From NCBI GenBank assembly GCA_041678665.1, contig JBAYNU010000001.1, positions 80,996 through 144,995 of the forward strand: 64,000 bases of DNA. The letters run 5' to 3'. The translations under genes and the position numbers were made by a program. Source of the stretch: Candidatus Magasanikiibacteriota bacterium. Lineage in GTDB: Bacteria > Patescibacteriota > Patescibacteriia > Magasanikbacterales > GWA2-37-8. Positions 46,379 through 55,557 of the stretch are shown here, in pieces. Numbering within the stretch: the stretch's first letter is position 1; every line of letters begins with the position of its first letter. The notes under the pieces were generated by a model. It did not search any database. It saw only the letters and a list, made by a program, of their open reading frames with translations, and was not told the origin of the DNA.

Positions 46379-47464
46379 CTATAACTCTTTACCAAGCGCT
46401 TTAATTTGCGCTTCTTTTTGACGTTTAATCCTAGTGGGAGAGTGATTGATTTTGTAAGCATCTTCATGTTTGCCCCATAGTTTTTCTACCCAATCTTGGT
46501 GTGTTAAATACCAATTAATTGTCTCCGACATCCCCACTTCAAACTGCGCGCGGTCGTACTCCGGTTTCCAACCCAATGACGTAATTTTTTGAGCGTCAAT
46601 AGCATAACGCAAGTCATTGCCAGGACGATCTTCCACAAATTCAATCATATCGGCGGGCTTATTCATAAGCGACAATATCATCTGGGCGATTTCCATATTA
46701 TTGCGTTCGTTATCCACGCCCACATTATAGACTTCGCCCGCCACACCATTACGCAACATCAAATCCAAAGCACTACAATGATCGCGCACATAAATCCAAT
46801 CGCGCACATTTTTGCCATTGCCGTGCAAAAGAATCGACTTGTCTTTGAGCAAACGAAAGATTGAAGATGGAATCAATTTTTCCGGATATTGAAACGGCCC
46901 GTAGTTGTTGGAACAATGTGTCACCACTACCGGAATTTTGTGAGTGACAAAATACGCATGACATAACATATCACCGCCCGCTTTGGCGGCGGCATAGGGC
47001 ATATTGGGGCAAATGGGCGTGCTTTCGGTAAATCGACCGGGATCGTCAAACGCCAATGATCCATATACTTCGTCGGTGGAAACATTCACAAATTTTTCTA
47101 TGCCAAAATTTCGACAAATATTGAGAAGCATCAAAACCCCAAAAGTATTGGTCATGACAAATTCGGAGCAATCGCCAAAAATCGAACGGTCCACATGAGT
47201 CTCGGCCGCGAAATTGATAATATGGTCAATTTTATATTTGGCCACCACTTCGGATAGAAGCTGATAATCGCAAATATCACCTTTGATAAAAGTATAACGG
47301 GTGGAATACTGTAAATTTTCTTTGATATCGCGCAAATTATCTTCATTACCGGCGTAGGTCAACTTATCAAAATTCACCACCTCGTCATAAGAGTTGGTCT
47401 TTAATACATAATGAATGTAATTGGAACCGATAAATCCGGCGCCGCCGCAAACTAATATTTTCAT
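46379..47464 (-). CDS. rfbB: dTDP-glucose 4,6-dehydratase
   Basis: MKILVCGGAGFIGSNYIHYVL, catalytic YAAAKAGGD (YxxxK), 361 aa, strong RmlB collinearity. Confidence 0.9.
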   Translation of the reverse strand: MKILVCGGAGFIGSNYIHYVLKTNSYDEVVNFDKLTYAGNEDNLRDIKENLQYSTRYTFIKGDICDYQLLSEVVAKYKIDHIINFAAETHVDRSIFGDCSEFVMTNTFGVLMLLNICRNFGIEKFVNVSTDEVYGSLAFDDPGRFTESTPICPNMPYAAAKAGGDMLCHAYFVTHKIPVVVTHCSNNYGPFQYPEKLIPSSIFRLLKDKSILLHGNGKNVRDWIYVRDHCSALDLMLRNGVAGEVYNVGVDNERNNMEIAQMILSLMNKPADMIEFVEDRPGNDLRYAIDAQKITSLGWKPEYDRAQFEVGMSETINWYLTHQDWVEKLWGKHEDAYKINHSPTRIKRQKEAQIKALGKEL

Positions 47465-47477
47465 AAACAGATAATTT

Positions 47478-48563
47478 TTACCACCACAGAAGCATTCTAA
47501 CTAAAAAATAATAAACTGTAAATATTACATTGGCAACTAACACTATTAAGCGAGACGCGACCAATCCCCCGCTGGATATTATCATGGCGGTATGACACAT
47601 AAACTCACGATCGCTAACTTGCCGCACAGCTTGAATATTATGACGGTGAGCCAACCAGATCTTCCAATTGGCACGCGTAAACCAGTATGTCCAAGCCGCA
47701 AGGTATTCTTTTAGCCACCCATTCCGCCAAGATAAAAACAACAAGCCCAAATCGTATACCAACTCCAACGGTAAAAGCAAAATCAATGTCGGCCATTTGT
47801 AAAAAACAATATTCAAAGCGTAGCGATTTCTTTCCAACCAATAATACTTGGTAACGCTTTTTAAAAATTCATATTCATGATAAAAAATCGCCTCGCTACT
47901 TAAAATAATTTTATATCCAAACATTCGTAGGCGCAACGAATATTCGGTGTCCTCATGATACATGAAAAAATCTTCATTCCAATAACCATGTTTTTTCAAA
48001 AGATCACAGCGCATGAGCGCGGCCGCCCCCGAAGCGTAGCCAATTTCTTCGGTCGGTAAAAATTCATGCTGAGCCAATGGCTCTCTAAAAAATCTACAAA
48101 ATCCCACTCCCAAATAATGCCAACTATTACCAGCACTATTAATCAAATTTGTTTCTGGATACAAAAGCGTTAACGCCTGCACTTCGCCAATTTTGTCATC
48201 ATTTTGCATCACGCTCGCCAGCTTCTCTATAGCCTGCGGATGCAAATAACCGTCGGCATTATGTAAAAAAGCGTAATCAAATTCATGCTCCACCGCCCAA
48301 CGCATGCCCGCGTTGTTAGCGCCAGAAAAACCCAAATTTTTTTCTTGCTCCAACACGGTAGCGGGTGGCAAATTTCCCGTGGCAACCAAACGCTCGCGGA
48401 TAAACGGCACCGCCGAAGGTATGCCTTCTTTGGGATTATAAACCACGAGCAAATGTAAATTATCCCTACTGTAAGTTTGCGCGATGATACCAACCAAAGC
48501 ACGGTCCAAATAACGCTGAGGCTCGTCACCCCAAAGCAAATAAATTATGGCGATTTTTTTCAT
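47478..48563 (-). CDS. Glycosyltransferase family 2 (rhamnosyltransferase/WbbL-like)
   Basis: GT-A fold with NLGFSGANN and DxD region. First of four consecutive GT2 genes with 1-4 nt spacers. Confidence 0.75.
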   Translation of the reverse strand: MKKIAIIYLLWGDEPQRYLDRALVGIIAQTYSRDNLHLLVVYNPKEGIPSAVPFIRERLVATGNLPPATVLEQEKNLGFSGANNAGMRWAVEHEFDYAFLHNADGYLHPQAIEKLASVMQNDDKIGEVQALTLLYPETNLINSAGNSWHYLGVGFCRFFREPLAQHEFLPTEEIGYASGAAALMRCDLLKKHGYWNEDFFMYHEDTEYSLRLRMFGYKIILSSEAIFYHEYEFLKSVTKYYWLERNRYALNIVFYKWPTLILLLPLELVYDLGLLFLSWRNGWLKEYLAAWTYWFTRANWKIWLAHRHNIQAVRQVSDREFMCHTAMIISSGGLVASRLIVLVANVIFTVYYFLVRMLLWW

Positions 48564-48564
48564 G

Positions 48565-49386
48565 CTAACGATAATATTTATGATTACCTCTCCATTTCCA
48601 GAAATATTTCAGCCAGCTAATTAAATGGTGACGTGCATAACGATTCTTGATAAGGGCGCTTATCACCCCATGAACCCTAGCCGAAGCCCGCCCGTGCGTA
48701 TGTTTTAAGTAAACATCGCTTACATAATATACCGCCCAACCTTTTTCCCACATCCGTCGACACCAATCGCTATCTTCGGCATACATAAAAAACCAATCAT
48801 CAAAACCGCCTACTTCATCTACTGCTTGGCCGCGCGCCATCATCGCCGAACCCATCACCCAATCCACTGGCATAGTTTCTTTATGATCAAAATCTTTCAT
48901 TAAAAATCGATCGCTCATTTCTTTGCCGCGCCCACGACGACCCCACTGAGTGCGCGAAAATATTGGCTGCCAAAAAGAGGGAAAACGATAGCAAGAATAC
49001 TGCAAATTACCGTCAGGGTAAATAATTTTAGGGCCGACCATCCCAATCTTGGGGTGAGCCTCCATAAAATCATATAATTTCCGCAAAAAATTTTGACCAA
49101 TCGGAAATTCAGTATCGGGATTTAGCACAAAATAATATTTCGCCTTCACTTCGGTGAAAGTTCGATTATGAGATCGGCCAAATCCAAAATTTTCTTCTTG
49201 TTTAATTATTTTTAAATTAGAAAAAGCCCTAGCCAACGATTCCACTTCATCGTTAGACGCATTATCCACAATCACAAAACCCAAATTCAAACCGTTATTT
49301 TGAGAATCGGCCAGCAAAGTTCGAATCGCATTTTCAATTTCTTTCTTTTCTCCGGTATTAACCAAAGAAACACAAACATCCAACAT
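48565..49386 (-). CDS. Glycosyltransferase family 2
   Basis: VIVDNASNDE, NFGFGRSHN, GT-A fold. Confidence 0.75.
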   Translation of the reverse strand: MLDVCVSLVNTGEKKEIENAIRTLLADSQNNGLNLGFVIVDNASNDEVESLARAFSNLKIIKQEENFGFGRSHNRTFTEVKAKYYFVLNPDTEFPIGQNFLRKLYDFMEAHPKIGMVGPKIIYPDGNLQYSCYRFPSFWQPIFSRTQWGRRGRGKEMSDRFLMKDFDHKETMPVDWVMGSAMMARGQAVDEVGGFDDWFFMYAEDSDWCRRMWEKGWAVYYVSDVYLKHTHGRASARVHGVISALIKNRYARHHLISWLKYFWKWRGNHKYYR

Positions 49387-49390
49387 ATCT

Positions 49391-50485
49391 TTACTTTAAA
49401 AACCAACGCCTAATCCCCTTCCAATACATTCGCCGCGAAGCCAAAATACTCCGGCGCGCGCTTCTTAAATCAGACCAATGCGTGATAATCTCTAGCCAAC
49501 CCCACAATACAACGCGAGGGTTAGTTAAAAGCAAATAACCACACTTTTTTAGCTCGTACCAAAATATCAACGGCCAATCCCAAAAAATATTTTGCCAATA
49601 CTCATTTTTAAAAAGCGTGCGCAAATGATTTTTATAAGAATGATAACGCACAAAATCGGATTGTTTAACTTTGTTTTTTAAAGCCGCCCAATCGCCCATT
49701 TCTTTGGGTCCGGCGCCGGTGCGATTATGATAAGCCACGGCGTCCAAAATCACATATGACATATAACCGGCATTACGCAAGCGATATGCCAAATCCAAAT
49801 CTTCTTTATAAGAATGGTAGGTCGGATCAAACAAATTATCACCCGACAATAAAATTTTATCGGTAATGGTCTTGCGATACATGGGTAAAGCGCCGGATAC
49901 ACCAAACACTTCACAGACGCGCTTATCGTATAATTCGCGCACATTGGAATTGACGCTGTCTTTGGTCCATTCTTCGCGCGTCAACCATTCCACTGCGCGG
50001 CGATTACGAAATAATCGAATTCCAATAGCGTCAATTTGGGAAGTAAATCCAATTTGAGTCACTTTGGCCATCTCCGAACCGGCTTGAATAGCGGTCGCGA
50101 CTTTTCCAAAATCCCAGCGCATCAAACGCGGAGCTACGGCGGCAGTATCAATATGTTTGTCCAAAAAATTTATCATTTTTTCCAAAACATCCGGCATTAA
50201 ATACATGTCCGCGTTTTGTAATAAAAATAAAGGAGTCTTCGTCTGTAAATATGCCTGATTATGCCCCAAAGAAAAACCGACATTTTCTTTATTTTGAATA
50301 ATACGATACTCAAAACCACTGCCGGCCAGTTCACGCTTGATAATCTCTACCGAATTGTCAACCGAAGCATTATCCACCACGATCATTTCCCAATCCTTAA
50401 AAGTTTGATTCTTAAGCGACGACAACAAAAATGGCAGATACTGACTGCTGTTATTTATAACTAAATTAATTGATAATTTTGCCAT
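49391..50485 (-). CDS. Glycosyltransferase family 2
   Basis: IVVDNASVDNS, NVGFSLGHN, GT-A fold. Confidence 0.75.
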   Translation of the reverse strand: MAKLSINLVINNSSQYLPFLLSSLKNQTFKDWEMIVVDNASVDNSVEIIKRELAGSGFEYRIIQNKENVGFSLGHNQAYLQTKTPLFLLQNADMYLMPDVLEKMINFLDKHIDTAAVAPRLMRWDFGKVATAIQAGSEMAKVTQIGFTSQIDAIGIRLFRNRRAVEWLTREEWTKDSVNSNVRELYDKRVCEVFGVSGALPMYRKTITDKILLSGDNLFDPTYHSYKEDLDLAYRLRNAGYMSYVILDAVAYHNRTGAGPKEMGDWAALKNKVKQSDFVRYHSYKNHLRTLFKNEYWQNIFWDWPLIFWYELKKCGYLLLTNPRVVLWGWLEIITHWSDLRSARRSILASRRMYWKGIRRWFLK

Positions 50486-50486
50486 A

Positions 50487-51338
50487 TTATTTGAAAAAAA
50501 ACTCGCTAATATCGGTCAAAAGCACGCCTACCGGCCGAAACAAACTAATCCACATCCACTTATACCATGGCTCCCATTTCTTAAAATACTTTACCATACT
50601 AGCAGTAAACCAGCGCTGTTTCAAGCCCGAGGGGAGACGCTTAAAATTTTGTCCAACATAATCTACGCAACTCGCTGTCGGAGTATACCAAACTTCGTAA
50701 CCATGCCGATACGCCTCACGGCACAGATCCACATCTTCAAACCAAATAAAATACCTAGGGTCAAATCCAAAACCCAATTTTTGTATAAGTTCCTGGCGCA
50801 CCAACATAAATGACCCTCTTACCGAGTCCACTTTTTGCTCGCACTGAGGATCGAAATCCACAAATAAATAACGCTTAATCAATCCTGGAAAAAAATGCGG
50901 TAATTTTAATAAAATAATAATTTGATCAATAATTCCCGGCCAATGCCGCGGACTAGCAGATGCCTTAAAATTATTCTGCTCATCAGTTAGCTTACAACTT
51001 AAAATACCTACCTGTGACCGAACACGTAACCAATCAATTAAAATTTTTAACGAATCCGGACGTAAACGCATGTCTGGATTCAAAAACAAAACAAAATCCC
51101 CCTGCGCCAACTGAACGGCGCTATTATTGGCCGCGGCAAAACCAATATTTTTACCATTTTCCACCATTTTTACTGCTGGAAAAAGCATCTTAATCTCCGC
51201 TACTGACCCGTCAACAGAACCATTATCGGAAATTATTTGTTCGTAATTTAAACCAGTACAGCCATTTTCCATGGTAGCTAATTGACCCAAAATTTGTTCA
51301 CGATCATTGGTGTTAACTGTAATGACACTCAAATCCAT
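50487..51338 (-). CDS. Glycosyltransferase family 2
   Basis: IISDNGSVDGS, NIGFAAANN, GT-A fold. Confidence 0.75.
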   Translation of the reverse strand: MDLSVITVNTNDREQILGQLATMENGCTGLNYEQIISDNGSVDGSVAEIKMLFPAVKMVENGKNIGFAAANNSAVQLAQGDFVLFLNPDMRLRPDSLKILIDWLRVRSQVGILSCKLTDEQNNFKASASPRHWPGIIDQIIILLKLPHFFPGLIKRYLFVDFDPQCEQKVDSVRGSFMLVRQELIQKLGFGFDPRYFIWFEDVDLCREAYRHGYEVWYTPTASCVDYVGQNFKRLPSGLKQRWFTASMVKYFKKWEPWYKWMWISLFRPVGVLLTDISEFFFK

Positions 51339-51342
51339 AATT

Positions 51343-52416
51343 TTATCCTTTTAGCTGCTCTTTAAAATAATCCACGTATGGAATAGTGGTAGGGTCAATT
51401 CCTTCAAGCATAGCCGAATAAAAACTCAAATAACTGGAAAGCGTTAATAATTCACAGACTTGTGACAATTTACTTTGGCTCTCGCACTGATAAGAAAAAA
51501 ATTTAATATCATTTTTCTTTAAAATTTCTTTGGTCACGACAAAACGTTTCTGAACACGCGTGTCATACAATTTGGATTCCAAAAACACAAAGGCTAAATC
51601 ATTCTTATTACTCTTAGGATACATCATGCCTTCCAAAAGATGGTGATTGAGTTCGGGAATGGCAAAATATCCGGCGAATCGTTTGGCAGTCTCATTCATC
51701 TGATTGGCAGCTACGTGGGCGCTGTGTAATAAATGTTCCGAAGACACAAACCAAACAGTTTTGTCATATAAATCATTAGCTAATTTCTTGGCAAAATTAG
51801 CCTCTCCAATCACCGTGGTGCCAAATTCAAAACTAAATTTTTTAATAACTTCGACCGCTCTGCCCAGCTCCGGCTCGCTAATTTTGATCAAACCGGCTTT
51901 GGATAATAAAATCAAACTGCCAAAAACAGAATAGCCCAATCCCATCCGCGGCGAACGACAGGGATTGTTGTTGGTGGTATAAATAAAAGCCGGAAAGCTA
52001 TTTTTCAACGCCCAATCAGTCAAGGCGCCACCGCTGGAAATAGTGACAATCTTTGCTTGCCGCTTTTTGGCTTCCTCTACAGCGCTTAACACTTCTTCGG
52101 TGTTGCCAGAATAACTGGAGGCAATTACCAGCGTATTTTTAGTAACTAAATCGCCTACATGATAATTATTAACTATTTCCAAAGGCACCGGTAATTCACG
52201 GTCAAACGCGGACTTAACCAACAACATGCCCAGGGTTGAACCACCCATACCCAACAAAACTACATTGCTAATTTTTTTATACCCCGCCGGCAATTTAAAT
52301 TTCTCTCCCAGCCCCCACACTTCTTTTACCTGCTCACCCAAAAGTTGAATGCTTCCCAGCATGTTTTTGCTGTCTAATTTTTTGATTTGTTGGATGTCGT
52401 CTAAAATACTTGGCAT
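51343..52416 (-). CDS. SIS-domain bifunctional phosphoglucose/phosphomannose isomerase-like protein
   Basis: Two SIS-like halves (LLGMGGSTLG, IASSYSGNTEE). Size and layout resemble archaeal-type PGI/PMI. Confidence 0.6.
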   Translation of the reverse strand: MPSILDDIQQIKKLDSKNMLGSIQLLGEQVKEVWGLGEKFKLPAGYKKISNVVLLGMGGSTLGMLLVKSAFDRELPVPLEIVNNYHVGDLVTKNTLVIASSYSGNTEEVLSAVEEAKKRQAKIVTISSGGALTDWALKNSFPAFIYTTNNNPCRSPRMGLGYSVFGSLILLSKAGLIKISEPELGRAVEVIKKFSFEFGTTVIGEANFAKKLANDLYDKTVWFVSSEHLLHSAHVAANQMNETAKRFAGYFAIPELNHHLLEGMMYPKSNKNDLAFVFLESKLYDTRVQKRFVVTKEILKKNDIKFFSYQCESQSKLSQVCELLTLSSYLSFYSAMLEGIDPTTIPYVDYFKEQLKG

Positions 52417-52426
52417 AATTTTAATA

Positions 52427-52495
52427 TGTCATTCCCGCGAAAGCGGGAATCTAAAGATTATCTTAAAGGGATTCTCCGCTTCACTCAGAATGACA
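52427..52495. repeat. TGTCAT-type repeat, hybrid (type II left arm, type I right arm), overlapping the 3' end of the rfbD-like gene
   Basis: TGTCATTCCCGCGAAAGCGGGAATC ... GGGATTCTCCGCTTCACTCAGAATGACA. The right arm encodes the C-terminal ...RCHSE-stop of ORF 52481..53320. Confidence 0.8.
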
Positions 52496-53320
52496 ACGCG
52501 TCGCATAATTTTTCATTGCCTCTTCCACTGCCTCCTCAACCGGACGCATCGCTATTCCCAACTTTGGCAGATTAACCGAAGTCATTACATTATTTGATCG
52601 CTTTTTGGCGGCGATGCCTAATTTCACCAAATCCTCTTCTTTTATCCATTCACACTGATGCTGGGAGTCAATATATTTTTCATAAAGCGCGATAATTTGT
52701 TTATGCGTGATTGATCCAGGATTGGTGCAATGAAAAATACCTTCGGCTTTTTTTTCTAATAACGCGCGGAATATCTTAATCATATCCGGCACGACGGTAA
52801 CGCTATTTTCTACGTCTACCACCCGAGAAAATTTGGATAACTTATCTATCAGGTTGCCGGGGAATAATCGATCATCAATCGGCAATCGAATGCGCGCGAC
52901 GGCGACATTGGACAACGTGGACAAAACTAAATCAGCCGCATATTTGGAACGCGTATAAACCGCCGTCGGATTGGCAAAATCATTTTCATCCCACGGACCG
53001 CCATGAGGCGAAGCACCATAAAAAATACAACCTGTACCCATGTGCAATAGGTACACTCCCCGTTTTTGACAAGCGCACGCGATGGTAATCGGCAGTACGG
53101 TGTTACCCTCAATAGTTTCCACCTGATGTGTTTCGCACCAATCGACATTGGGTTTGCCCACCACTCCGGCGGCATTCAACACCACATCGGGTCGATATTC
53201 ATCCAAAAGGGCCAAAACATCCGCCTCAGTTTGAATCTTTTTATCCGCGATAACCGAATCCGGCCACTCCTCATGACATCTTCCGCCCAGCCAACCTTTG
53301 CCGATAATTAAAATTTTCAT
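52481..53320 (-). CDS. rfbD: dTDP-4-dehydrorhamnose reductase-like NAD(P)-dependent sugar reductase/epimerase
   Basis: 279 aa. Short Rossmann N-terminus MKILIIGKGWLGG, catalytic YTRSK (YxxxK), RmlD-like size. Confidence 0.6.
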   Translation of the reverse strand: MKILIIGKGWLGGRCHEEWPDSVIADKKIQTEADVLALLDEYRPDVVLNAAGVVGKPNVDWCETHQVETIEGNTVLPITIACACQKRGVYLLHMGTGCIFYGASPHGGPWDENDFANPTAVYTRSKYAADLVLSTLSNVAVARIRLPIDDRLFPGNLIDKLSKFSRVVDVENSVTVVPDMIKIFRALLEKKAEGIFHCTNPGSITHKQIIALYEKYIDSQHQCEWIKEEDLVKLGIAAKKRSNNVMTSVNLPKLGIAMRPVEEAVEEAMKNYATRCHSE

Positions 53321-53373
53321 ATTTTTATAAATTAATAATTTTGAATATTACCAACGTGTTCGCGATGTTAGTA

Positions 53374-54738
53374 TTAAATCTTGACGCTCAAATTTTTATC
53401 TACCACCGTAGTCTTGATACCTAATTCAGCAATCAACCTCTTTTGCAAAGATTCAGACGCGGCCGGTTCGCCGTGATTGAGATAAACTTTTTTTGGCAAA
53501 GATTTTCCGCCGCCAATCCAATCCATCAATTTTTCTTGATCGCCATGGGCTGAAAATGCGCCTACTGCTCGCACGTGACACTTAACTTGCACTCTCTCCT
53601 TCATGACTTCTACCGGCGATTGTTTGTCTAAAATTTTTCGACCTAAAGTGCCATGGGCCTGGTAGCCAATAATAAGTAAAGTACTACTAACGTCGGATAA
53701 ATATCGAATAGCGTGATGCAAAATTCGCCCACCATTCATCATGCCGGCGCCAGCAATAATTATTTTTGGTCCCACCACTTGATTAATTCTTTTGGATTCT
53801 TCTGAGCCCAAAGTAGTTGTTAAACCGGGAAAATGAAACAAGTCGTCACCGGATTTTAATAATTTTTCAGCCTCTTCATCGTAATAACGAGTATACTTAC
53901 GATAAACGGCGGTAGCGTGGATAGCTAGAGGACTATCCAGAAAAATAGGCACCCGTGGCAATCTTTTTTGACGATCAATTAACTCGTTGAGGTCATACAA
54001 TAATTCTTGGGTTCGTTCAAGCGAAAACGATGGAATCATCAAAGTACCACCGCGCTTCATGGCATCAATAATTTCATTCTCCAAAATTTGTCGACGTTCC
54101 AAATCGCTTTCGTGTAATCTGTCTCCGTAAGTGCTTTCACATACCAAGGCATCAACATCAGAAGGCAAATAATCCGTATCGCGTAAAATTGGAACATCCA
54201 CATTGCCGATATCGCCAGAAAAAATAACCCTCTTCCCGACGGCATTAATTTCCACAAACGCCGACCCAAAAATATGTCCAGCGTCGTAAAATTTGATTTT
54301 AACTTTTGACCCACCACTTGATAATTCAAATTCCTCATGATATTCTATTGGTTTAAATGCCTGTATTACCCCGGCGATGTCGGCGGTATCATACAGAATC
54401 GGCGAACCGAATTTTCGATGATTATATTCCATGATTGAGAGCGCATCTTCCAAAATCAATTGGGTAAGTTCGATGGTAGCCGGCGTAGCATAAAAATAAC
54501 CGGCAAATCCACCTTTTACCAATAAAGGCAACCGACCGGTGTGATCAAGGTGAGCGTGAGTAACAATCACCGCTGATAAGGCTTGAGTGTCAAAAGGCAA
54601 AGGATCACTATTCTTGCCTTCGTTAAAATCACTGCCCTGAAACATTCCACAGTCGATCAAAATTTTGAATTCATTGGTTTCAAGCAAACTACACGACCCG
54701 GTAACTTCCCGCGCCGCGCCGAAAAAGGTTATATTCAT
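53374..54738 (-). CDS. Beta-CASP family metallo-beta-lactamase-fold ribonuclease (CPSF/Ysh1-like)
   Basis: GAAREVTGSCSLLE...ILIDCGMFQG, HxHxDH (VTHAHLDHTG), beta-CASP and C-terminal motifs. 454 aa. Confidence 0.75.
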   Translation of the reverse strand: MNITFFGAAREVTGSCSLLETNEFKILIDCGMFQGSDFNEGKNSDPLPFDTQALSAVIVTHAHLDHTGRLPLLVKGGFAGYFYATPATIELTQLILEDALSIMEYNHRKFGSPILYDTADIAGVIQAFKPIEYHEEFELSSGGSKVKIKFYDAGHIFGSAFVEINAVGKRVIFSGDIGNVDVPILRDTDYLPSDVDALVCESTYGDRLHESDLERRQILENEIIDAMKRGGTLMIPSFSLERTQELLYDLNELIDRQKRLPRVPIFLDSPLAIHATAVYRKYTRYYDEEAEKLLKSGDDLFHFPGLTTTLGSEESKRINQVVGPKIIIAGAGMMNGGRILHHAIRYLSDVSSTLLIIGYQAHGTLGRKILDKQSPVEVMKERVQVKCHVRAVGAFSAHGDQEKLMDWIGGGKSLPKKVYLNHGEPAASESLQKRLIAELGIKTTVVDKNLSVKI

Positions 54739-54849
54739 ATAAAGTCATTATATCATAATTTATACTCTATACAAATCACCCTAAATCTGATATTATACAG
54801 ACACTAATTAATAATTAACAAATCGACCAATTGACTTGTTAATTGCTAA

Positions 54850-55557
54850 TTGTTAATTGCTAATTTTGTTATGCGCAAAACCATTGAAAATATCGAAATT
54901 GTTGAACCCCCAATTCAAGAACTTACCAAAAAACGCAATGGTTTTTTCCGCGCCTGCCTACTTAGTTTCTTTCTGATGATTTTAATTATCATCGGTATTA
55001 TTGCCGGCTTAAGAATCTCAATGGGTCCCGGCCCCAAAAATATTCGCTCGTTACCCGTCAATTTTCCGGTTGACATTCCAATATACGATAAAGACAATAT
55101 TGAAGGTATCACATTTATTTCCGGTAAATACAAAAGTCGTGGAATGGAAATCGCCGCTTTTTTTCCTAAATTAATTCTTACTCCCCTACTGATAAAATTG
55201 GATCCGGAACAAAACCAATCCACTTCTACCAACAAAAAATCATTTAGGGATTTTTGGAAAATACTCACCATGCCAGTCGGCGATAGCCGTGATACTGTCC
55301 AAATTGAATGGCGCGACGTTGATACTTCTCCCGGCTTCCTGATTTCTTATTATAAAAATGAACTAAAGAAAAAAGACTTTATTATTGATTCGGAAAGCGA
55401 CGCTAAAAATTATAAACAAATTACTTTTTCTCGCCCCGATGAACTATCCGGCACCTTATATGTCGGCTGGCTACTGGATAATAAATACCGCGTTTCTTAT
55501 ATGGCGCTTACCTTAAATGTTAAAACCGACTATACCGCCACCACAACCAAATTATGA
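54850..55557 (+). CDS. Hypothetical membrane-anchored protein
   Basis: 235 aa, single N-terminal TM helix, no recognised domain. The stop overlaps the murJ start (ATGA). Confidence 0.45.
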   Translation: MLIANFVMRKTIENIEIVEPPIQELTKKRNGFFRACLLSFFLMILIIIGIIAGLRISMGPGPKNIRSLPVNFPVDIPIYDKDNIEGITFISGKYKSRGMEIAAFFPKLILTPLLIKLDPEQNQSTSTNKKSFRDFWKILTMPVGDSRDTVQIEWRDVDTSPGFLISYYKNELKKKDFIIDSESDAKNYKQITFSRPDELSGTLYVGWLLDNKYRVSYMALTLNVKTDYTATTTKL

